From contig JBBSVO010000007.1 in assembly GCA_038046805.1 (NCBI GenBank), forward strand, positions 68,528-132,527: a stretch of 64,000 nt of DNA. The letters run 5' to 3'. The position numbers were made by a program, and so were the translations under genes. The stretch comes from Candidatus Micrarchaeota archaeon. GTDB lineage: Archaea; Micrarchaeota; Micrarchaeia; Anstonellales; Bilamarchaeaceae. Below, piece by piece: positions 55,874-64,000 of the stretch. The stretch's first letter is position 1, and each line of letters starts with the position of its first letter. Under the pieces are notes generated by a model. It made no database searches and had not been told where the DNA came from. It worked only from the letters and a program-made list of their open reading frames with translations.

Positions 55874-57109
55874 TCACCCTGAAGTCAAAGTTCCTCTTGC
55901 TCCCGTCTGCCCATCTCTTGGCCCTCTGCGCCTTAATTCAACCGAAGGAGTGCTTAGGATCCCGTCTTTTTGAGGCCCGCATTTTTTCGAGAGCAAATGT
56001 ATTGCAACAACTAAATCTTCCGCTGAGGCACGGAAATGTGCAACTGGGGAAACGGATTCCAACCTGGCTCTCAGTTTACGGGCTGTGGACAATGTTCTTG
56101 CGTTAACCGTTATCCCTTTGATTTTGACTGCGTAATCGAATGCATCAACAAGCGGTCTAACTGCATATTCAAAGCGAGATCCGCGCAAATTCGCATCGAG
56201 GAACAAATGGATAACTGCCGGAATTAATTCCGAGGCAATCTGTGGGGATTGCGTATGGTATGTCAACACCTGTTTGAGAGCTACCCCGACTTGATGATAC
56301 ACATTCTCCGCATCCCTCTGGCGCCAGGATTTAAACTGCTCTTTTCGGGTCTTAAGCGCGTTAATAAGAATCGGTGCATACTCGATTGCAGCCTCTCCGG
56401 CGGGTCTATTGAGTATCTGATGGGCAATGCAAACAACCGCGCGGGACCAGGTCGAAGAATCCTTTGCCTCTTCTGCCATTTTCCTCAAGCGTCCGAGCGG
56501 AACAACATCCCCTGAAGAATAAGTGCCAATTGTATCGATGCAACAGATTGCATGCTCCCGAAATCTCCAGCTTTTCATTGAGTCACAGGCATCCAGCAGC
56601 TTGTCGCATAACCACGAGATATTGTGGGGATTGCCACTGCGGGCAATATCATTGGCGATTATATTCAGGCATCTCATCGCGGCCCAGCCGGTAGCTGCGG
56701 CTTCCGTTCCCCTGAAATTTGGAAGCGTTACCAGCATCTCGGTAACGATGTTTCTGGCCCTTTCCTGATCAAGTCGAAGAGCGAACCCGAATTGAATACC
56801 GAATGAAATATCAGAAAATCGTCCTTTACCAGAAAGAACGGCTAGAATACTATTCATGGCTTGGGTTTTTTGATCCGCATGAGTATCCGCAGCAATCTGA
56901 AATGTAACATCAAAAAGACCCTTAAGTGTGCGGACCGCTGCGCTCTTTGATGTTTGTGTGGCAAACAACTCTATAAGTTCATCAACATGCTCAGGATAGT
57001 TTGATGCATAAGAATAGCCTGCCGATACCGCACTGAACCGTGTTTTATAGTATCCGCCATAAAAAGCACGCACCAGATTTTCCCTTGTAATTGGTTCGGA
57101 CTCAGTCAT
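55874..57109 (-). CDS. HEAT/ARM-like orphan
   Basis: WRFREHAICCI, TWSRAVVCIA, APILINAL, LIPAVI helices. Confidence 0.65.
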   Translation of the reverse strand: MTESEPITRENLVRAFYGGYYKTRFSAVSAGYSYASNYPEHVDELIELFATQTSKSAAVRTLKGLFDVTFQIAADTHADQKTQAMNSILAVLSGKGRFSDISFGIQFGFALRLDQERARNIVTEMLVTLPNFRGTEAAATGWAAMRCLNIIANDIARSGNPHNISWLCDKLLDACDSMKSWRFREHAICCIDTIGTYSSGDVVPLGRLRKMAEEAKDSSTWSRAVVCIAHQILNRPAGEAAIEYAPILINALKTRKEQFKSWRQRDAENVYHQVGVALKQVLTYHTQSPQIASELIPAVIHLFLDANLRGSRFEYAVRPLVDAFDYAVKIKGITVNARTLSTARKLRARLESVSPVAHFRASAEDLVVAIHLLSKKCGPQKDGILSTPSVELRRRGPRDGQTGARGTLTSG

Positions 57110-57212
57110 TCTCAAACACCCCTATTAGCTTCAGTTTCCTCGCGCGCTCTCATAAAAACTGCATTTGCTGCATGTTTTTTCCATTCGCACAAAACCATTC
57201 CCTGAGCAGGTT

Positions 57213-58202
57213 TCATTTCCTCTTCAACCCCATATTATCCCTAATCTTCTTTGCGATTCCTTCTGCATCCAGTGAATAATGCTTCAAAAGCTCAGGCGCA
57301 TTTCCGGATTCACAGAAACGGTTATACACTCCGTGCCGCACGAGCGGAACCGGATATTCTTCTGTAAGAACTTCTGCAATTGCACTTCCAAGGCCTCCGG
57401 CGACCTGGTGCTCTTCAACAGAAACGATAAGTCCGCACTTCTTCGCATACTCGACAATGGTTTTCTTATCAATAGGTTTAATCGTGTGGCAATCAACAAC
57501 CGCGGCATCAATCCCGCCAGCCATCAACAGCTCCGCAGCCTTTAACGCTTCGTGAACAAGAGGACCGCACGCGAATATCGCGACATCTGAGCCATCTCGG
57601 TAAACATTTGCTTTTCCAATCTCAAACGGGGTTTCGGAAGTAGTGAAAACAGGTAACTTCTCGCGGGACGTGCGAATATATGCAGGCTTCCTAAGCGAGG
57701 CAGCTGCATGAACCGCTTTTTTTGCTTGTTCCATATCAGACGGCACAATAACAGTCATGTTCGGAAGAACGCGAACGATTGCGATATCCTCAAGTGCCTG
57801 ATGGGAAGCGCCATCCGGTCCTACCGTAAGACCCGTATGTGAAGCGTGAATTATAACCGGAACATCATTGTAACAAATTGAAACGCGAATCTGATCCCAG
57901 TTTCTTCCCGGGGAAAATACCCCAAACGCAGAAATAAAAACAATTTTTCCACAGGATGCAATTCCTGCACCAACGCCTGCAAGATTCTGCTCTGCAACAC
58001 CAACCTGAACAAATCTGGTTGGAAATTTCTCTGCAAACCAGTGTGTTCGCGTTGATTCGGAAACATCAGCAGACACTGCCCAAACATTTGGATTGCCTTC
58101 TCCAAGCTCAACAAGCCCTTTTCCAAATCCATCCCTGGTTGGAGCTGAGGATTTCGGCGCAAGCGGATTTTCAACAAGTTTCATATCAGTTCGGATAGCC
58201 AT
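57213..58202 (-). CDS. Transketolase C-terminal subunit
   Basis: GVAEQN, GPDGASHQALED, TIKPID, EEHQ..GGLG. Confidence 0.95.
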   Translation of the reverse strand: MAIRTDMKLVENPLAPKSSAPTRDGFGKGLVELGEGNPNVWAVSADVSESTRTHWFAEKFPTRFVQVGVAEQNLAGVGAGIASCGKIVFISAFGVFSPGRNWDQIRVSICYNDVPVIIHASHTGLTVGPDGASHQALEDIAIVRVLPNMTVIVPSDMEQAKKAVHAAASLRKPAYIRTSREKLPVFTTSETPFEIGKANVYRDGSDVAIFACGPLVHEALKAAELLMAGGIDAAVVDCHTIKPIDKKTIVEYAKKCGLIVSVEEHQVAGGLGSAIAEVLTEEYPVPLVRHGVYNRFCESGNAPELLKHYSLDAEGIAKKIRDNMGLKRK

Positions 58203-58245
58203 GAGGTTCATCTCGCCAAGACCTGATTCGTTCCTAAATAATTCT

Positions 58246-59109
58246 TCAATCTCGTTCTTCTTCTATCATCTTCCTTTCCGACTCAAGCGTTGAAATTGCA
58301 TCATCAGCCTGTTCTTTTGAAGGCGGCTTTCCATGCCATTCTGTAAGAAATTCCATAAACGGTATTCCTTTACCTGGGATAGTGTGCGCAATAATAGCTG
58401 TGGGCTTTTCATAAATCGCCTTGCTTTCTTCGCATGCCTCAATGATTTTTTTGATATGATGACCATCCACATTGATTACGTGCCAGCCAAATGCACGATA
58501 TTTATCAGCAAAAGGCTCGAGTGGCATGACTTCTTCAGTGAATCCATCGATCTGTATATTATTTCGATCAATCAGAACCGTAAGATTACCGAGTTTGTAT
58601 TTTCCTGCCAACATTATTGCTTCCCATGTTTGGCCTTCATCATGTTCTCCGTCCGACATTACACAATAGGTGCGCCAGCGTTTTTTCTCTGCCTTGGCAA
58701 CAAGCGCCATTCCAACTGCCTGTGAGAGCCCCTGGCCCAAAGGACCAGAAGAATTTTCTATTCCAGGCAGAATAGTGCGATGAGGATGGCCCTGCAATCG
58801 GCTTCCGAGCTTTCTGAGCGTGAGCAATTCTTCTTTTGGAAAATACCCTGCATTTGCCATTGCGGCATACATCACTGGGCAAACATGGCCATTTGAAAGA
58901 ACCAGTCTGTCGCGATCCGGCCAGGTTGGATTTTGCTGGTCATGATAAAGAATGTTGAAGTATAGTGCTGTAAAAATATCGGCAAGGCCTATTGAACCTG
59001 CGGAATGCCCTGATTTGGCCTCAAGAAGCATGCGAACTACATCCTGCCGTATTGTATTTGCAATGAGTTTCAGTTGCCGAAAGCTCGTAACCTTGTTAAA
59101 TCTAGTCAT
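58246..59109 (-). CDS. Transketolase N-terminal (TPP-binding) subunit
   Basis: SGH, DRLVLSNGH, LQGHP, GPLGQG, SDGE, WHGK. Confidence 0.95.
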   Translation of the reverse strand: MTRFNKVTSFRQLKLIANTIRQDVVRMLLEAKSGHSAGSIGLADIFTALYFNILYHDQQNPTWPDRDRLVLSNGHVCPVMYAAMANAGYFPKEELLTLRKLGSRLQGHPHRTILPGIENSSGPLGQGLSQAVGMALVAKAEKKRWRTYCVMSDGEHDEGQTWEAIMLAGKYKLGNLTVLIDRNNIQIDGFTEEVMPLEPFADKYRAFGWHVINVDGHHIKKIIEACEESKAIYEKPTAIIAHTIPGKGIPFMEFLTEWHGKPPSKEQADDAISTLESERKMIEEERD

Positions 59110-59791
59110 AACCAGCACCATGTCTTGTAGAAGGGCGAAGTTGCGCCAAGGACTGTTTTATCTCAACCGCAAGCCCGGTGATCGCATTTTTTACATCTGG
59201 AACTGAGAAAATCGCTGAGGCAGCCGCAAGCTTGTTTGCACCTGCAGATACTGCGGCTCCGATAGTGTGAATATTGATCCCGCCATCAACTTCTATATCA
59301 AGCTTTGGAAACAATGAACGAAGCCTTGCGATTTTGGTTTCCATTGCTGCGATGTATTTCTGCTTGTCAAAACCAGGGTGAACAGTCATTATGAGAACCC
59401 GTTCGAATTTGTCCATAAACGGAAGAATTTTTTCAAGAGAGGTTTCGGGATTGATTGCAATACCAAGCCTTCCGCCGGATTCTTCAACTGCCTTGAAAAC
59501 CTCTTTAAAATCATCTATTGTTTGCAATGCTTCTGCATGTGGAATATGGATATGCGGACCTTTTATTTTTCTAATCCATTCCTGCGGACGACTCACCATC
59601 CAGTGGAACTCATATTGAATACCCGATGGAAGATCCTTAAGGTCGTCTGCCCCGATAGTCGTGTTTGGAACGAATTTTCCATCCATGACATCTATCTGGA
59701 CAGTCTTGACATAATTAGAAACTGCGGCAAGGCGTGACATGAGCTCTTCCCTGCTCTTCACCAGTATGGCGGGAATAATCTCAATAGTCAT
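59102..59791 (-). CDS. rpe: Ribulose-phosphate 3-epimerase
   Basis: IDVMDGKFVPN, HWMV, MTVHPGF, EVDGGIN. Confidence 0.95.
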   Translation of the reverse strand: MTIEIIPAILVKSREELMSRLAAVSNYVKTVQIDVMDGKFVPNTTIGADDLKDLPSGIQYEFHWMVSRPQEWIRKIKGPHIHIPHAEALQTIDDFKEVFKAVEESGGRLGIAINPETSLEKILPFMDKFERVLIMTVHPGFDKQKYIAAMETKIARLRSLFPKLDIEVDGGINIHTIGAAVSAGANKLAAASAIFSVPDVKNAITGLAVEIKQSLAQLRPSTRHGAGYD

Positions 59792-59900
59792 GACACTAAC
59801 CCCCTGTAAATCACAAGCATCCTAATTCTTCGGAATTCTCCGATTAGGAATATAAAAAAGTAATAGTATAAGAAAGGCAATAAAATAAAAAGGAATACGG

Positions 59901-60527
59901 TTAAAGACGGCGTAGAAGTTTTCTCACATAATCCCTCTCGCTTATTCGTTCTCCATGCCCTGGATAAATCGTTTTGATTTCCAATTCTGCCAAACGCTCG
60001 TATGTAGCTTGCAGTTTTTCCGGCTCGCTTGATGGAAGATCCGTGCGCGGCATAGAATAATCGGGGAATATTGTGTCTCCTGCAAAAAGAGTTTGGTTCT
60101 CTTTATCGTAAAGGCAGATTGCCCCTTTGGCATGTCCCGGGGTTTCAAGAACCTGCAGTGAGATTCCGGAACAATTTACCACATCGCCATCTTTAAGCGG
60201 ATCTACTTCAACGTTCGGAAAATCAAACCCGAGAAATGAGCAAAGTGCGTAGCGATTCTTCTTTTTCGAGATAACGTCCGCGGTGAATTCGCTTGCATGG
60301 ATTTTCGGAATTGGCGGAATTTCTGAATTTGTTCCGTCCGTTTCAAGACTCAAGACTCTAGACTCGAAACTCACCAAACCAGCAATATGATCGCAATGTT
60401 CATGAGTAATCAGGATTTGTTTAATTCCACTCGGAAAAATTACTTCTGCTGGAGCATCGATGAGCAAATCTCCGATAATGTATCCGTTACAGCTTCCGCA
60501 AAGTGTCTTGACGCCAACATAATCCAT
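59901..60527 (-). CDS. MBL-fold metallo-hydrolase (glyoxalase II-like)
   Basis: THEHCDH, TPGH, FAGD, RTDLP, YPGHG. Confidence 0.88.
   Translation of the reverse strand: MDYVGVKTLCGSCNGYIIGDLLIDAPAEVIFPSGIKQILITHEHCDHIAGLVSFESRVLSLETDGTNSEIPPIPKIHASEFTADVISKKKNRYALCSFLGFDFPNVEVDPLKDGDVVNCSGISLQVLETPGHAKGAICLYDKENQTLFAGDTIFPDYSMPRTDLPSSEPEKLQATYERLAELEIKTIYPGHGERISERDYVRKLLRRL
60345..60372 (+). repeat. Heptamer tandem repeat inside the MBL CDS
   Basis: AAGACTC AAGACTC TAGACTC GAAACTC. Confidence 0.7.
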
Positions 60528-60612
60528 ATAAAAGATTTGGCAGCGAAAGAAATAACTAAGCAGCGGAAAGAACCGCGATCGAACACGAACGATTTGGGAT
60601 ACGGACGATTTC

Positions 60613-61041
60613 ATGATAGCCGGAATAGACCCTGGGATAAAAGTTGGTTATGCGATAATTGACCTAAACGGAAAGCTCACCGGAGCTGGATGCGTGAAGC
60701 AAAAGGATGCTGGAAAAGTAGCTGGACTTATTTCCGAAATTGGAACCCCACACGTTATAGCAACAGATGTCAATCCTGCTCCAGAACTTGTGAAAAAAAT
60801 ATCCAGAATATTCCATGCAAGAGTATATACCCCGGTTCGCAGCATGAGCAAAGAATCAAAGATGATTATAGGAAAGGACATCCTGAATCCGCACATAAGA
60901 GATGCTTACGCAGCAGCGATAAAGGCATACAGAAAATTCAAAAACAGATTCAAAAGAATTGAAACGGTTTACCCGGAACGTGCAGAGCAATACAAGGAAT
61001 TGGTTTTGAAGGGGTATGCGATAGGGAAACTAAAGGATTGA
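60613..61041 (+). CDS. DUF460-like (RNase H-fold) protein, short form
   Basis: IAGIDPG, IATDVNPAP, HIRDAYAAA. Confidence 0.8.
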   Translation: MIAGIDPGIKVGYAIIDLNGKLTGAGCVKQKDAGKVAGLISEIGTPHVIATDVNPAPELVKKISRIFHARVYTPVRSMSKESKMIIGKDILNPHIRDAYAAAIKAYRKFKNRFKRIETVYPERAEQYKELVLKGYAIGKLKD

Positions 61042-61077
61042 AGAAAAAGGAACAATACAAAGAACACGAGTGATGAT

Positions 61078-62505
61078 ATGCTTCTTGGAGAAGGTCAGGA
61101 AATTGAAATAATCGGAATAGTAATGCGTTCGCAAATGGTTAGAGGGCAAAGTATTGCAACAATTACCAATGGAAGCGAAACTTACAAAGTGATCGGAAAA
61201 GAACCGCTTGCTAACGGGATAGCGCATGTAAGCGGAACTCTCAGAGAATTTGAGGGAGAAATGGCGATATATGCCAACTCGGTTGAAATAATATTCGGGG
61301 ATTCGGCACGAAAAGAACACATAAAAATAGCTGAAAGAGCAAGCGGAACGATTTCGATTGTTGATGTTGAACCGCTCGTTACGGACGAAGTTATGGAGGC
61401 GCTGAAACCTAGAATAGCCGAAGCAGCACAGAAGATACTCGCTGCAAAAAAACTTAACAGATTTATTCTTCTGAGATTTCACGGAGATGCTGATGGGGTA
61501 AGCGGTGCGATGGCACTCACGAAATTGTGCAGGATGTATGCAATTCAGCAAAATTCGGCAGTATATTCTGTTAAAGATGCAATGAAGGACCTTGCACAAA
61601 TCCATTATGAAACAATGCCGCTTGTAATCCTGCTGGACTTTGGTTCAAGTGATGAAAGCACTGAGGGAATTCAACTTCTGAAAGCATCCGGAGCAGAGAT
61701 ACTTGTAATAGACCATCATCCTTGCGGGGGGAAAATAAAGCAGAATGCAAATTTGTTTGTGAGTCCGTGGGTAGTAGAGTCGGACGCGAAACTGGAAACG
61801 CAGAATCAGACACAGGAGACTGTGGACCCGTCCCAATATCCCGCAGGTTATCTTGCAACCGAGATTGCGCGGGCTGGCGGATTAAATAACGAAATTGTTG
61901 AACCACTAGCACGAATTTCATGCGCAGGTGACAAGAGTAGTATAATAATCGTTAGCGACACCGATAAGGAACGCGCACTGGTTCTTGATTATATGGCAAG
62001 TTATTCCGGATTCGGAAATAATTTGGAATTTTATGAAAATATTATGAAAAAACCTGAACTGTTCCAGTCAATGCTCTTGCAGGCAAGAGAAAAAATAGAG
62101 CAAATTTATGAAAGTGTTGGAAAAACCGCAAAAATTACCGAAGAGGGCGGAATAAAGATAGTTTCTATAGATTTGGAAAAACTCGCCAAAAAGCACGAGT
62201 TTCCAAGCAAAGGAAAAATAGCGACAAGAGTATTTGAATCAATGCAGCACGAATGCGCAAACACCGGAAAGCCACTTGTTGTAATTGGATATGGCGGCGG
62301 AAGTGTTGTGTTCAGAATAAACGAGTCTGCAGTAGCACGAGGAATAGAAGCAAACAAAATAATTGAACAAATAAAGGAATGCATGCCTGATTTCGCTGAA
62401 ACCGGTGGCGGACATGCAAAGGCGGCTTCAGTAAGAGTAAGGGAAGGATTTGAACAGAATGTTGCAAAGGAAGCTGTGAATATAATCTCAAAACAAAAAA
62501 ATTAA
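61078..62505 (+). CDS. RecJ-like DHH-family phosphoesterase (OB + DHH + DHHA1)
   Basis: RFHGDADG, LLDFGS, IDHH, GGGHAKAA. Confidence 0.85.
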   Translation: MLLGEGQEIEIIGIVMRSQMVRGQSIATITNGSETYKVIGKEPLANGIAHVSGTLREFEGEMAIYANSVEIIFGDSARKEHIKIAERASGTISIVDVEPLVTDEVMEALKPRIAEAAQKILAAKKLNRFILLRFHGDADGVSGAMALTKLCRMYAIQQNSAVYSVKDAMKDLAQIHYETMPLVILLDFGSSDESTEGIQLLKASGAEILVIDHHPCGGKIKQNANLFVSPWVVESDAKLETQNQTQETVDPSQYPAGYLATEIARAGGLNNEIVEPLARISCAGDKSSIIIVSDTDKERALVLDYMASYSGFGNNLEFYENIMKKPELFQSMLLQAREKIEQIYESVGKTAKITEEGGIKIVSIDLEKLAKKHEFPSKGKIATRVFESMQHECANTGKPLVVIGYGGGSVVFRINESAVARGIEANKIIEQIKECMPDFAETGGGHAKAASVRVREGFEQNVAKEAVNIISKQKN

Positions 62506-63062
62506 AGATGAGACTTGAATCTGGGCAGCCATACCTTTTCAGAAACCCTTTTTTTCCGGTTCTCTATGCGTGCGAGAATGAATAGAAAATCCCCCAACCG
62601 ATTAAGATAAACAATAAGCTCTGGCCTGATTCTATGCTTTTTGGAGAATGAGACCACTCTGCGCTCTGCCCTTCTGCAAACGGTTCTTGCAACGTGAAGA
62701 AATGAAGCGGATTTTGTCCCGCCAGGGATTATGAAATGGCTTAATTTGGGGAGCGAGGATTCCATTGTGTCAATCTCGTTCTCAATCTCTTTCACATCTG
62801 AGATTGAAACCTTTGGAATTCCATTTCCTCCAGCACTGTTTCCTCCAGCGAGTTCTGCACCAATGAAGAATAGTAAGCGCTGGGCATTTTCAAGAAGAAG
62901 CTTAATCTTATGGTCTTCAAGAGACGACTCCACAAGCCCCAGAAGCGCATTAAGCTCATCAACGCTTCCGATTGCCTCTATCCTTGGGTGGTCCTTTGAA
63001 ACAGATTTCCCTCCAAGAATCGAAGTTTCGCCCTTATCCCCTCGTTTTGTGTAAATGTGCAT
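62502..63062 (-). CDS. PduO-type cob(I)alamin adenosyltransferase
   Basis: IYTKRGDKGET, GSVDELN, FIIPGG, RTVCRRAER, YLNRLGD. Confidence 0.93.
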   Translation of the reverse strand: MHIYTKRGDKGETSILGGKSVSKDHPRIEAIGSVDELNALLGLVESSLEDHKIKLLLENAQRLLFFIGAELAGGNSAGGNGIPKVSISDVKEIENEIDTMESSLPKLSHFIIPGGTKSASFLHVARTVCRRAERRVVSFSKKHRIRPELIVYLNRLGDFLFILARIENRKKRVSEKVWLPRFKSHL

Positions 63063-63099
63063 GAATTGAAAAGAAAGAGAAAATTAATTAGGGTTGTGG

Positions 63100-63531
63100 T
63101 TAGCTCTCCAGTTTCCTTGCCCCGAACACTTCTGGATGCGCATCCATGAAATCCGCTATTTTTACGTCTTTCCGCGCGGCTTCATGAATATCCCTGACGA
63201 ATTCCCTTACCCAACCCGTCACAGTTTCCGAAGAGTGCGGGAGTTTTACCTCTGCCATCAATTGTTCTATTTCTGCCGGATCAGTGGCATAAAACAAATT
63301 CACGTCTTTCCTGCGCCATTCTTTTCCAAGGAACGTGATGACAAATCCCATGTTTTCAATGAATTTGAGTTCATACTGCCCGTAATTCTTAGCTACTCCA
63401 AACAACAGGCCACCGCCACCATACTCTATCTTTCTTACTCCGTACCAAAATGTTTCAGTCATTTGGAGTCGGATTGCGGGCCTATCTCTCCCAGGTGTAC
63501 TTCTTGATTCAGCAGCAAACACGTTGGTCAT
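63100..63531 (-). CDS. Orphan protein
   Basis: 143 aa, coupled (TGATG) to the ferredoxin stop. Confidence 0.55.
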   Translation of the reverse strand: MTNVFAAESRSTPGRDRPAIRLQMTETFWYGVRKIEYGGGGLLFGVAKNYGQYELKFIENMGFVITFLGKEWRRKDVNLFYATDPAEIEQLMAEVKLPHSSETVTGWVREFVRDIHEAARKDVKIADFMDAHPEVFGARKLES

Positions 63532-63767
63532 CAAATCTCCTTTTTCCCATCCTTTTCAATATGTATGCAATTCACCGGACAGGATTGAGCAGCCTCCAGA
63601 TTGCATTTGATTTCGGTTAATTCAAGAACCTGGGTCTCTCCGACCTTCTTCCCTCCTTTCAGATCGCTTTTTCCATCCCCTGCCATTTCCCAGAATTCGG
63701 GACAAACTGCAGCGCATGCCCCACACCCAATACAAATTGGTCTGTCATGTATAACTTTGAAAGCCAT
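63531..63767 (-). CDS. Single-cluster ferredoxin
   Basis: CIGCGACAAVCP...SCPVNCI. Confidence 0.92.
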   Translation of the reverse strand: MAFKVIHDRPICIGCGACAAVCPEFWEMAGDGKSDLKGGKKVGETQVLELTEIKCNLEAAQSCPVNCIHIEKDGKKEI

Positions 63768-63895
63768 ATAAAAACCTCTTTAATTGCAGGTTTTCATTGT
63801 GCCGATAAAGAATATAAAAGCTTGGTTCGCATATAACGACTAATGCCGAAGATGGATTCGGTAAATATTTAAACAAACATCTGATGGTTGGTAAT

Positions 63896-64000
63896 ATGTT
63901 AATCAAAGGACTAGAAATAGAAGTAAACAGCCTGCAGATACTGCCTACGAATACCCTTCTAAAACATGAGCAGACTATTCCCGAGAACACTACAAAGCTA
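63896..64000 (+). CDS. 5' part of a probable ParB/Srx-fold protein (SerK/SbnI-like), truncated by the window end
   Basis: MLIKGLEIEVNSLQILPTNTLLKHEQTIPENTTKL; L..HE...P...L motif. Confidence 0.45.
   Translation, partial: MLIKGLEIEVNSLQILPTNTLLKHEQTIPENTTKL

Noticed and set aside
57103..57212. DnaJ-like zinc-finger peptide (TCSGNG...TCSKC) on the minus strand between tkt and the orphan
   Set aside because: An in-frame stop lies immediately upstream and there is no start before the first Cys; too short to support.
59821..59848. Imperfect inverted repeat upstream of rpe
   Set aside because: Single imperfect copy that cannot be distinguished from chance.
1..64000. CRISPR array, cas genes, integrase, transposase or provirus
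   Set aside because: No regularly spaced 25-40 bp repeats and no recognisable motifs for these proteins were seen.

Overview
Archaeal chromosomal segment, most likely a DPANN archaeon of the Micrarchaeota type. This is inferred from gene content: PCNA, fibrillarin, aIF6, S19e/L39e/L31e/LX, FtsY, a tRNA-Ile(UAU) and a non-oxidative pentose-phosphate gene set. Housekeeping blocks: S19e-to-ftsY superoperon, lipid genes (GGR, HMG-CoA synthase, Ino1, AIP synthase), pyrG/purQ/folC, a CDP/dTDP-sugar and glycosyltransferase locus, rpe-tkt-tal, and a RecJ-like DHH nuclease. Four type II toxin-antitoxin pairs are present. About 25 orphan genes are interleaved with these blocks, often inside operons. 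Most have short basic, Ser/Thr/Pro-rich, non-hydrophobic N-termini, followed by HEAT-like helices, membrane hairpins or diverged enzyme domains (PP2C, transglutaminase, methyltransferase, Nudix, ProDH, MBL, a sigma70-region-4-like HTH). Main observations: (1) a doubly intron-split tRNA-Ile with the rare UAU anticodon, whose intron pairing suggests a CAU ancestor; (2) a triplet of paralogous helical membrane-hairpin proteins plus a HEAT-like gene just downstream; (3) the leader-bearing orphan set, possibly exported effectors; (4) a covarying 20-bp palindrome in three copies; (5) degenerate heptamer repeats, which also occur in a tRNA intron and a CDS; (6) a K-turn/C-D-like sRNA candidate; (7) several decaying genes. 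No CRISPR array, integrase or transposase was seen. All calls come from reading motifs by eye; no database searches were run.
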